Positions 52,908 through 64,000 of a stretch of DNA of 64,000 bases are shown in pieces. The notes beneath the pieces are model-generated. The model was not told where the DNA came from. It worked only from the letters and a program-made list of their open reading frames with translations, and did no database searches. Every line of letters starts with the position of its first letter. Positions within the stretch are counted from its first letter, which is position 1. Position numbers and translations under genes: made by a program. The stretch lies in NCBI GenBank assembly GCA_000004985.1, contig GG738847.1; one strand, written 5' to 3'. This stretch comes from Naegleria gruberi (lineage: Eukaryota).

Positions 52908-53117
52908 ATGTCTACTATTATTCGTTCTCCTGTTCATCTCTACAGAATTCTTCTCAAGCACACTCAATCTAACAAAATATTCGGAAATGAAAAAGTGAGA
53001 AATTATACATTTAACAAAATTAGAGAATGTTTTAGGGATGCTAGAAATTCCGATATTGCTTTCCAACAATTACAATATCAAAGAGCCATACAATTCTTGA
53101 CTGTCACTTCTCGGTAA
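52908..53117 (+). CDS. LYR-motif protein, ISD11/LYRM4-like
   Basis: 69 aa. Contains L-Y-R (VHLYRILLKHTQ), then F..R.Y...KIRECFRDARN. Collinear with ISD11: LDLYRAMLRESKHF..NYRTYAVRRIRDAFRENKN. Confidence 0.65.
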   Translation: MSTIIRSPVHLYRILLKHTQSNKIFGNEKVRNYTFNKIRECFRDARNSDIAFQQLQYQRAIQFLTVTSR

Positions 53118-53412
53118 TTAATTGTTAGTATTCAAAATAAATTATTATTATTTAATTGGAATCTAATCATTTGCCATCTCATTCAATATCACAATTATTG
53201 ATGCATTAAAAAGATAGAAATCACACTTTCATTCCACCATCAACTTTGAAAACAACCTTCTCCAAAGAAAAGACCTTCTTGTTGCTATTTTTATTTTCAC
53301 TTATTATCCAAGCATGTCAACTACTGAAATATACCTTTGTTGTATGGAGTATTGTTTCTTAGAAGATATTGAGGTTGTTTTGTATTGTGAGGGTTAAGTA
53401 CGCGCAAAAAAA

Positions 53413-56400
53413 ATGTCTGAAGAGGAAGTGAGAGAAGACCCAACAACTGAATGGTTGTTCGGGAAAGTGATGCACAACATTAAAATCAACAAGACAAAAT
53501 GGAATGAATTCAGAACTAGTGAGGAAACAAGGTAAGTGTAGTATTAGGATTTGGACCTATATGAAAATGATCAGAGTTAAAATACAAAAATTCCTTACAG
53601 TGGAATCAGAAATGATGTTGTTTTTTATTAAGAGCAAAGAAAAAGAAGAAATAATAGTATCTGCGGAACCAGTTATTGGAGGTCATAAAAAAGGAATTGT
53701 GTTTTTGAAACATTCCCCTATCAAAATCACCACAGATAATTATGTAGAATCTCTATTTTATGAGGATGTTTTTGCTGATCCTCTTTTAAATTTACAAAGA
53801 ATTGTGGAAGGAGTTTATCTTCCTCTCCTTCAATCACCAAAGAATCAAAAAGGATGGCCAAATGTAGTGGCTCAAGATTTGATAAGACAATTCCATCGAT
53901 TTACAGGAATGTTAGATTTATTTATTGGACATACTAGAGGATCTGTAGTTTTACCAATGCCACCCGTTGATGAAACAGTGGAAACGGCTTCTCAAGATAG
54001 ATCCCTTGTTCATGCTTTTGAAACTTCAGTAATAGATTGGAGTAAGGAAACAAGGAAAGTAATAGAGTTGGATTCTGATAAAATATTGGATGAATTGGAA
54101 AAGGAAGAAAAATATCAAGGACCTCTTTTTGAAATTGATTTTTGGCAAGCAAAGAAAACAAAATTGACTGATCTTGCTCATCAATTATCAAATGACAGAG
54201 TGAAAATGGTGATTTCAACATTAGAAAAAACTCAAAGTTCATATGTTACCGGATTCAAGAAAATGTTGGATGATTTAAATTTTGCATTGGATGAATCTGA
54301 AACAATTTCCAAATATTTCGAACCTCTAAGAAAGTATTTCCAAGATTTGAATGATTCAACAATATCAGTTTCTGATCTTGGAGAAGTTTTTAAACCAATT
54401 CTACATTTAATTTCATTGATGTGGAGAAAGTGCGAGTATTTCAACACAGGTCATTTATATGTTCTCATAAGAGAGATTTGTAATGATATTGTTACTAGAA
54501 TTTATAATTATATTGAACCATCAGAGCTATGGACTAATCCTATGAAAGTTGTTGCAGAAAAACTTCAAATTTCATTTAATGGATGTGAAGAATTCAAAGT
54601 ATTATTTTTCCAATATAGGGATATTGTAAATAGAACTAATCCTCAAAAAACTTGGAAATTTGAAAGTTCTAAGGTTTTTACTAGGTTGAACTTATTTATC
54701 GAGAGATTACACGATTTAAGAACAATTGCTTTGTATATAGATGATTTCTTATCACTCGATAAATTTGATATTGGTGGTGTGAATGGAGCAGAATTAACTG
54801 GTATGATGTCTCAACTATTTGAAGAATTTGTAGATCAACAACAAAAGATTCAAAACGTTAGTTATGATGTACTTGATTTGAAAGAGGAACAATTTGAGAG
54901 AGATTTTTACAAATTCTGTGATGCTATTAATGACTTTGATAAGAGAATTTGCTTCATGATTAATAAGGCATTACAATTGAATACTGGATTCAAGTTTACT
55001 TTTAAACTTTTAGAAAGCTTTGAGTCTCAAGCAAGAAGAGAAAAAATCAGGCAAGAAATTGAGGGTAAAATTTCCAACATGTTATCGGTATATTCAGAGG
55101 AAATAACAAAAGTGTCAACAATATTTAACAAGAACAAAGAAAATCCTCCTTTATTAGATAACTTCCCAAAGGTTTCTGGAGCTATTGCTTGGTGTTATTC
55201 ACTGAGAGAAAGAGTAACATGGCCATTAGAAAAATTTAAAGAGCAACCTTTTCTAACCACCAGCTCTGAATTACAAGATATCATCCAAAGACATGAGAAA
55301 CTGATGGCTCAGATGAAAAAATATGAGGATGAGATTTTCAATTCTTGGAAGGAGCAGCTTAATGTAAATAGTTTATCCCATCTCAATGATAATATTATTT
55401 CCAGAATGCCAGATAAAAGATTGGTGGTTAACTTTAATCCAGAACTGAGTTTCTGTATTCAAGAAGTAGAACATTTGAAACCTTATGCAAACGCAGTTCC
55501 AGAAGAGGCGATTGCACTCTTTGAAAAAGGGGATATTTACAGAGCTAAAGTCGCAACAATGGATCTTATGGTTCGTCAGTACAACACTGTAATTCAAACA
55601 TTGATAGATGTAGAAAAGCCTCTTTTGGCCGATAGATTAACCACTGTAGATAACATTTTGGTGGAGTCTACTGAAAAATTAACGTGGCAAAGCGATATTG
55701 ATAATTTTATATTACAATCTAGGGAAAATGTGAGAGACATTTACAATAGAACAAACTTCCTTAAAGGGAATGTTAAAACAATCGAAAAAATGGTTGAGAG
55801 CTGGATGACTATTTCTAATTTAATAATTACTGATAACTCTGGTATTGAGGAGATGAAAGAGAAAAAGGCCAGCAAAATATTTGATATGGTTGGATTTTGG
55901 AGACAATCTACTGACTCCAATCCAACTTTCAAAGTCTATTCTCAATGGAAGTCAAAAGTCTCAGCCAATATCAAAAAGTTGAGTGATGTTATTATCCAAA
56001 GTGAAAGAATTGGTCATATTATGGAAAGCAGCCGTCTCAAAATTTGTCCACAAAGCTCATCAGAGGAATGGAATAATTATTGGAGAAATTATGTTCTCTT
56101 TGTAAATAGTATTATTGAAAAGGGAGTATTTAATGCTGTAAGAGAAGGATTGACATTTTTAATTAACTCATTCTCAGGAAAAAATGATATGATTGCTTTG
56201 AACTCCAAAACACTGAGTAATATCTTCATAACTGTCAAACTAGAACTCTATTCTAATGATGCTGTATTCACCCCAAACTTGATTGAGAGTACAAACAGTG
56301 TTCATAATAGTGTAAAAATTTGGGTCAGTAGAGTCATTGGCTTAGCATCCATGGTAAAGAGATTAGATGAAGTTACAACTTTCGAAAAGGTCATCAAAGA

Positions 56401-59400
56401 CGATGAAAACATCAATGGTTTGAGGCAAAAAGTGTTCTCGTTAATGGGCAATACCATAAATGATATGAATGATCTCAGAGAAAAGTTCTGTGAGTTCTCT
56501 CATCTTTGGGAAGAAGATCCTAGGGAGTATCTGGCCAGATTCATCAAGAGTGGTGGTGATGATGTTAGATTTAACAGTGATAGTGAAGTTTCTGATGGAG
56601 AGAATGAAGATGACGAAGAAGAGCAGGAAAACGTAGTGGCATCTCTTGAAGAATTTGAAATGCAAATCCTAAAATATGAGAAAATTGTGTTAGAGATTGC
56701 AGATCTTCCAGATAAGGCTTCATTTGGTTGGTTGATCGTAGATTCATCTCCAATTAAGACAGCTCTATCTAATTTGGCTAGCAAATGGCGTTTTACATTC
56801 CTTGATCATTTGTTATCTGATGTAAGATCAACTTTGCACGAATTTAACTCGTTTGTCAAGGAATTAAAGGAAGGTTTATGCCAACCTATTCCAAAAGATG
56901 ACTACCCAAAGCTTGTAGAAATGATGAGATATATTGTAAGATTTAAAGAAAGACCTGAACATAAGCAAAAAGATGGACTCTTTGATAACTTGAGAGAGAC
57001 TGTTCAATTATTGAAGAAGTGTAGTATTGTGGTCCCACAGGAAATTATTCTTGACCTAGACGATGCTAAAAACAAGTGGAGTGACTTGTCTAAGGTTTAT
57101 TTTGAAGTTAAAGATAAACTCTCTGTTGTCCAAGATGAAGAGATTAAAAAGATTTCAAAGGAGGAGATTGTATTTGCCAATGTTTCAGAAAAGTTGAGAG
57201 AGGACTTTGTTAAGGATGCTCCTTTCTACTATTCTATTGGTGTTGATGCTGCCTACGAAAGAATTGATGAGGTTCATGAACGTATTTTGGTAGTAGAAGA
57301 AAATATGAGAGAGCTCCGAGATAGACAAAAGTTATTTGGCCTCATGCAAAACCAAGGTAAATTGGTAAGAGAATCAAGGGCAGAGTTGAGACTTTTAAAG
57401 AGAGTCTGGGATTTAGTGGCCCTAGTTCAATCCCAAATAGATGAATGGAAATCTATTCCTTTCCTTAAAATCAATGACGAAGAGCTAACAGAAGAAACAA
57501 AGAAATTTATCACCGAATTGAAATCTGTAGATAAGAGAGTCAAGAGATGGGAAGTTTTCATTGGGCTTCAAAATTATGTAGATAATTTCATGATTACCCT
57601 TCCTTTGATCCAAAAGTTGAGAAACCCAGGTATGAGAAGTAGACATTGGAAGCAACTTATGGAAAAATCAAAGGTTGACTTTACTGTTACAGAAAAATTT
57701 TCCTTATCAGATTTATTGTCTTTGAATTTACACAAATATCAAGATGATGTTAACGAAATCGTAGATAAATCAGAAAAAGAAATGAAAATGGAGAAGCAAC
57801 TCAAGGACTTGGATGCACTGTGGAGCGATCTCAAGTTTGATTTCACTGTTCACACTAATGGTGTAGAAATAGTTAAAGTTAGTGAAGAAGTAAGGGAAAG
57901 TCTTGAAGATAACCAATTACAATTGCAATCCAGTAGTTCTAGTAGATTTGTTGAGTTTTTCATAGAAGAAATTGAAGAATGGTTGAGAAAGCTTGGAAAA
58001 GTTGATACAGTTATCAATGGTCTTCTTGACGTTCAAAGAAAATGGCTCTACCTGGAGAATATTTTCATCGGTACTGATGATATTCGTCAACAATTACCTA
58101 ATGATGCCAAAAATTTTGATGCAGTAGATCGTGAATTGAAACTTATTCTAACTGAGGCAAAGAAGGTCATGAATATTGTTTCCTTCTGTTCTTCTCCTGG
58201 ATTGGAGGAAAAAATAGTTGTGTTACAAGATAGTTTAACTTCTTGTGAGCACCAACTTTCCAAATATTTGGAAACAAAGAAGAAAGCTTTCCCAAGATTT
58301 TACTTCACTTCAGAGTCTGATTTATTAGATATCTTAAGTAAGGGTGGACAATCTCCACATAAAATCTTAAAGCACATGCCTAAACTCATTCAGGCTGTTA
58401 AAACTCTAAAGTTCAGAGTTGATGATAACGGAAATCAAACAAATGAAGTGATTGCCATAGTCAGTAGAGAGGATGAAGAAGTGAGTTTGACACATCCATG
58501 CATTCTTCAAGGAAAAGTAGAGGATTATCTGAATGATCTTTTGAAAGCTATTTCTAGGACACTAAGGGATATTCTCTCTGAAGCTATGTTAACATATTCA
58601 AGTGCCAATAGAGAAGAATGGCTTTCAGGTTATGCTTCGCAAGTTATTTTAGTTACATCTCAAATTTACTGGACATTAGAAGTTAACCAAGCTTTTGAAG
58701 CTTTGGAAGAAAATAACGAAGCAGCTATGAAAAATTATTATAAGAAACAAGTTAATCAGTTAAACAAACTTATTTCCCTTGTTCAAAATGATTTAGAAAA
58801 GGGAGAAAGACAAAAGATTATGAATTTGGTTACTCTTGATGTTCACGCGAGAGATATTGTGGATATGCTCATCAATGAGAATATTACCTCTGCTCAAGAT
58901 TTTGGTTGGCAATGTCAACTCAGACAAAGATGGGATGCAGAGCACCAGGATTGTATTATTGATATTTGCGATGCTACTTTTAAGTACGGCTATGAATATT
59001 TGGGTAATGGTCCTAGACTAGTGATTACACCTCTTACAGATCGTATTTACATCACACTTACCCAAAGTTTGCACTTGATTATGGGCGGTGCTCCTGCTGG
59101 TCCTGCTGGTACAGGTAAAACGGAAACTACAAAAGATTTGGGTTCTCAATTGGGTAAATCAGTTTATGTTTTCAATTGTTCTGACCAAATGAATAATGAG
59201 AGTTTAGCAGACATTTTCAAAGGATTAGCATCAAGTGGTGCTTGGGGATGTTTTGACGAATTCAATCGTATTGCTGTAGAAGTTTTGTCTGTAGTCTCAA
59301 CTCAGTTCAAGAGTATTTTGAATGCAATCAGAGCAAAGAAGGACAAGTTCATGTTTGAAGGAGAAGAAATCACTCTTGATAGAACAAACGGTGTTTTCAT

Positions 59401-62400
59401 TACTATGAATCCTGGTTACTTGGGAAGAACAGAGCTTCCAGAATCTTTGAAAGCATTGTTTAGACCAGTTACAGTTGTGGTACCTGATCTCGAATTGATT
59501 TGTGAAAATATGCTTATGGCTGAAGGCTTCAAGGAAGCAAAGGTGTTGGCCAAAAAGTTTATTACTTTGTACAGTTTGAACAAAGACTTACTTTCAAAAC
59601 AAGATCACTATGATTGGGGTTTAAGAGCAATTAAATCTGTACTTGTAGTTGCTGGTTCTCTGAAAAGAGCTGAACCAAGCATGCCAGAAACTCACGTATT
59701 GATGAGAGCTTTAAGAGATTTCAATCTTCCAAAAATTGTTCAAGACGATTTGGAAGTTTTCACTGGTTTAATCAATGACTTATTCCCTGGAATTGATCCT
59801 CCAAGAAAAGTTGATCTTGACTTTGAAGGAATAGCTGCAGAAGAAATAACTGCTCTCAAACTTCAACCAGAAGACAGTTTAATTTTGAAGGTTGTCCAAT
59901 TAGCAGAGTTATTGGAGGTCAGACACAGTGTCTTTATTATTGGTCCTGCAGGAAGTGGTAAATCAGTATGTTGGAAATCATTAGCTGCAGCAAAGAAGAG
60001 AAGAAATGAAAAGGTTCTTGTCAGATTTTTGGATCCTAAGGCAATTACCTCTCATGAACTTTATGGTTACAAGAGTGAACAAGCCGACGAATGGAAAGAT
60101 GGTTTATTGAGTAGTATTATGAAAAATTTATCTGAAAGAGAAGATACTGATCCTAAATGGATTATTTTGGACGGTGACTTGGATACTGAGTGGATTGAAT
60201 CAATGAACTCTGTCATGGACGACAATAGAATTTTGACATTGGCCAATAATGATCGTATCCCACTCCTTTCTCACATGCGGTTAGTGTTTGAAATTTCTCA
60301 TCTTAAGTATGCCACACCAGCCACCGTATCTAGAGCAGGTATTTTATATATTGGAGAAAAGGATATAGGATGGCAACCATATGTTGCATCTTGGATAGAT
60401 CAAAGGCCACAGGCTGAAAGGGCTCATTTACTCATCTTGGTTGATAAGTATATTCCTGAAACTTTAAGATTTGTAAAAGCAAACTTTAAGCACCTTATTC
60501 CATTAACCGACTTCCATCTCATTCATAGTTTATTCCAAATATTGGAAAGTCTCTTTGCTAAAAATCCAACCCAAGGCGAGAAGGAAGTAATGGAGAATTT
60601 CTTTGCATTTGCTACAATATTCTCCTTCATGGGTGCCATATCTGACACTGAAAAGAAAACCAACAAAATGCTTTTTGATAAGTGGTGGAGATCTACATAC
60701 AAGTCGATCAAGTTCCCAGATGATTTACTTGTGTTTGATTGCTACTATAATCCAAAGACCAAATTAATGGAACCTTGGAGGGAGATTATGCCAAATTATG
60801 AATATGATGCTGATATTCCTGTTCCTCAAATTATGGTCCCAACAGAAGAGACTACATGTATTAGATATTTGATGGATCATATTGTTGATATTGGTAAACC
60901 TTTGATGCTTGTTGCTAATGCAGGTGTTGGTAAAACACAATTAATTTCAGACAAGTTAAATAACTTGGATATCCTTAACTTTGCCTCAACCTCGATCAGT
61001 TTCAATTATTATACTGACTCTGAGTCTTTACAAAAGTTTTTGGAAGGTTCTCTTGAATCAAAGGGTGGTAAGAGGTTGGGACCACCAGGCAATAAGAAGA
61101 TGATTTTCTTCATTGATGATTTCAACATGCCAAGAGTTGACGCTTATGGAACTCAAACACCTATTGCATTGTTGCGCCAACACCTTGATTATGGTTGTTG
61201 GTATGAAAGAGCAAAATGGAATTTAAAAGAAATTATCAAAGTTCAATATATTGCATCTATGAATCCTACAGCTGGTAGTTTTACCGTTAATCCAAGGCTG
61301 CAAAGACACTTTGTTACCTTGGGTATCAACTTCCCTTCAAGGGCTAGTTTACAAAAGATTTATGGCTCTATTTTAGCAGGTCATTTAAAACGATTCCCGT
61401 TAGAATTAGCATCTGTTTGTAATAATGTAGTGAATGGTACTCTAGACTTACATGAAAAGGTTGTAAACTTATTCCCAAAGACTGCAAACAAATTCCACTA
61501 CGAGTTTAATCTCAGACAATTATCTAGTGTATTCGAAGGACTGTTAAGAAGTGAGGTGAACGAATTCAAGGAACCAAAACTTGGAAACCTCAAATTCGCA
61601 AGATTACTCACTCACGAGATTAACAGAGTTTATGGTGATAGGCTGTCCTCAAAGGATGACTTGATAATATTCGAAAAGGAACTCAAGAACATTGTGAATG
61701 ACAAGTTCCCAGAGTTTGGAGGTGAAGCAATTATTAGTAAGCCTCTAGTGTTTTCTCATTTTGTTTCTGGTGGAGATGGTGCTTATGACCAATTCACAAG
61801 TACGGAAAGTGTAAGAAAGGTATTGGAAGAGGCTCTAAAGAGACATAATCTTACAAAGACCAACATGGACCTTGTACTCTTTGAGGATGCTCTTGAACAT
61901 GTATGCAGAATTAATCGTATCATCAAGGGTGCTAATGGTAACGCTCTCTTAGTTGGTGTTGGTGGTAGTGGTAAGCAAAGTCTTTCAAGACTTGCTGCCT
62001 TTGTGGGCGATTTTGAAGTTTGTAAAATTGTCATTACAAAAGATTATGGTGTCAATAACCTCAAGGAAGATCTTAAAAATATGTACAAGAAGGCTGGTAA
62101 GAACCAAAAATTGGTATTCTTACTCAATGATAACCAAATTGTTGATGAGAAATTCCTTGTTTATATTAACGATTTATTATCAACAGGTAATATTCCTGAT
62201 TTATTTGCTGCAGACGAGAAGGAAGAAATAGCAAACTCTCTTAGAACTGAAGTCAAATCTGCTGGTATTTTTGATATTTCAAAAGAAAGCTGTTGGAAGT
62301 TCTTCATTAATAAGGTTAGAAGAAACTTACATGTTGTTTTATGTTTCTCACCTGTTGGAGAAAGTTTACGTATTAGAAGTAGAAACTTCCCAGCTATCAT

Positions 62401-64000
62401 CAACTGTACTCAAATCGATTTCTTCTTCCCTTGGCCAAAAGAAGCCTTATTGAGCGTTGCTGATAAGTTCTTGAAACCTGAAATGCCAATTACTGGAGAA
62501 CACCATCCATCAATTGTAAAAGCAATGGCATTCACTCATGAAAAAGTCAATGAATTTAGCTCTAGATTCCTCAACGAACTTGGTAGATATACCTATACTA
62601 CTCCAAAGAGCTATCTTGAATTCTTGAAACTGTACAAATCTCTTCTTTACAAAAAGAGAGAGCTTATCAAGGGTTTAATTGATAGATTGAGCCAAGGTAT
62701 TCAAAAATTGAGGGATACCACCATGAACGTAACCAAATTACAAAAACAATTGGAAACGCAAGAAAAGGAGGTCAAGGAAAGAGAAATAGCAGCCGATATT
62801 ATCTTGGAGAAAGTTAAAAAGGAAAGAACAGTTGTGGAAGCAGAAAACAAAAAAGCTCTCACAGAAGAAAAATTCGCCCAAGAAATCAACCAACAAGTTG
62901 CTCAACAAACAGCAGAGTGTGAGGGAGAAGTTGAAAAAGCCAAACCAATCCTTGAAAAAGCAGAATTGGCTCTTCAAACTCTTAACAAGACTGAATTGAC
63001 AGAACTTAGGTCCTTCAGAACTCCAAACGTCAATGTACTTCTTGTATTCCAAGCTGTGCTTATTTTACTAAGTACAAAGTCTGGTGTAACAAAAGATTTG
63101 AGTTGGTCTGCAGCTCAGAAGGCTATGGCTCGTGGTTCTGATAAGTTCTTGGCTGTATTGGAAGCATATGATTCCAAGAATATCTATCCTCACATCCTTA
63201 CCGCTATCCAACCGTTCATGGATAATCCTAAATTCACAGGTGAGGAAATCAGAAAACATTCATCAGCTTCTGGAGGTTTATGTGAATGGGTCAGAAACAC
63301 TATTGAATATAATAAGACATTCGTAGCAGTGAAGCCAATGTTTGACAGCTTGGAAAAATCCAAACTTGAAAAGGCAGCAGCAGAAGAAAAATTGGCTAAA
63401 GTAAGAAAAACAGTAGCTAAATTGAATAAGCAGTTAAAGAAGATTGAAGGTGATTATCAAGCAGCAGAAGATGAAAAGAATGCCGCTCTTGACATTGCTA
63501 AAAAGACTCAAGAAAAATTGGACTTGGCTCAACGTTTTGTTCGTGCTTTGTCATCTGAAAATGCTCGTTGGTTGGAGGAAATTCAAAAACTACAAACTCT
63601 TAACAATGTATTAATAGGAGATGTACTTCTTGCGTCTGCCTTTATTTCATATGCTGGTAGTTTTGATATGAGATTTAGAACAGAGCTCACAGAAGCATGG
63701 AAACAAGAAATTATTGGAGAGTTAAAGATTCCAACTTCTGAAAATCTTAATTTGTTAGAAGTTATGACTGATGATGCTGAAATAGCTAAGTGGGGTAATC
63801 AAAAACTTCCATCAGACAAAACAAGTATTGAAAACGGCTGTATTTTATTGAATTGTGAAAGATGGCCTCTGGTTGTAGATCCTCAGCTCCAAGCCATTAC
63901 ATGGATTAAGAACCATTACAAAGATTTAATAATACTGAGATTAGAACAACCAGATATCATTGAAAAAATGGAACGAGCCATTCAAAAAGGCCAAACAGTT
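53413..64000 (+). CDS. axonemal outer-arm dynein heavy chain, 5' partial (continues past window end)
   Basis: ATG at 53413. First intron 53519..53600 (donor GTGAGG, acceptor TTACAG, frame verified). One continuous frame then runs to 64000. AAA1 region LTDRIYITLTQSLHLIMGGAPAGPAGTGKTETTKDLGSQLGKSVYVFNCSDQMNNESLADIFKGLASSGAWGCFDEFNRI (P-loop at ~59099). This is the TETTKDL/FNCSDQ axonemal form, not the cytoplasmic TESVKAL form. AAA2 GPAGSGKS (~59942). AAA3 ANAGVGKT (~60914). AAA4 VGVGGSGKQS (~61951). It ends in the post-stalk region ...DPQLQAITWIKNHYKDL...IEKMERAIQKGQTV. Confidence 0.9.

Noticed and set aside
53532-53537. Canonical GTAAGT as the donor of the first dynein intron
   Set aside because: It gives a premature stop with every available acceptor. 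The GTGAGG 13 nt upstream restores the frame.
1-64000. Alternative (ciliate-type) genetic code, or prokaryotic origin of the window
   Set aside because: Conserved proteins (H3, MMS2, ARL2BP, mL54) terminate at TAA/TAG exactly where homologs end, and long ORFs are intact under the standard code. Spliceosomal introns, a histone gene and eukaryotic class II tRNA-Ser exclude a prokaryotic source.
1-64000. CRISPR arrays, rRNA genes, operon-like defence islands
   Set aside because: No direct-repeat/spacer periodicity, no rRNA-like conserved stretches, and genes are monocistronic with eukaryotic spacing.

Overview
This window is AT-rich (roughly 30% GC) and gene-dense (about one gene per 2 kb). It is nuclear DNA from a unicellular eukaryote that uses the standard genetic code. 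The evidence is spliceosomal introns that are uniformly short (42-140 nt) with GTAAGT/GTATGT/GTGAGG donors and YAG acceptors, a histone H3 gene, three tRNA genes, and no operon structure.

Genes I can name from motifs I read directly:
- histone H3 (fungal-type residues [21 protein letters not shown])
- two identical tRNA-Ala(AGC) copies and one tRNA-Ser(GCT)
- UEV/MMS2, whose N-terminus [20 protein letters not shown] nearly matches yeast Mms2, split into 3 exons with a 10-nt first exon
- a GatA-type amidase
- TruA-family pseudouridine synthase
- mitoribosomal mL54
- an ISD11/LYR protein
- RNase H2 subunit C
- two COMM-domain proteins
- an RCC1-repeat protein
- two F-box proteins
- a Sec14/CRAL-TRIO protein
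- a metallo-beta-lactamase-fold protein
- a membrane protein with an RGS domain
- an ABCG (White-type) half-transporter carrying a roughly 950-aa cysteine-rich N-terminal ectodomain
- ARL2BP/BART
- a DNAJC27/RBJ-like Rab lacking a J domain
- an atypical RABL5-like GTPase
- the first ~3,500 codons of an outer-arm axonemal dynein heavy chain that runs off the window end

The dynein, ARL2BP and Rab-like genes indicate a flagellated organism. The fungal-type H3, the yeast-like MMS2 and the nuclear genes for mitochondrial translation together suggest an aerobic zoosporic fungus or close relative. That is an inference, not a demonstration.

The most unusual locus is 30.1-34.1 kb. It holds a bacterial-type AAA-ATPase-like plus PD-(D/E)xK nuclease-fold gene (PF09820/PF08011 architecture) with a eukaryote-style N-terminal extension. 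That gene is followed by a tandem partial duplicate of its nuclease-fold C-terminus and then a roughly 790-bp element with 28-bp terminal inverted repeats, TA target-site duplications and a stop-interrupted pogo/Tc5-type HTH relic. I interpret this as a horizontally acquired, recently rearranged accessory island. No CRISPR arrays or rRNA genes are present. Several multi-exon gene models were assembled by hand from the ORF fragments, and the splice junctions and frames are given in the evidence fields.
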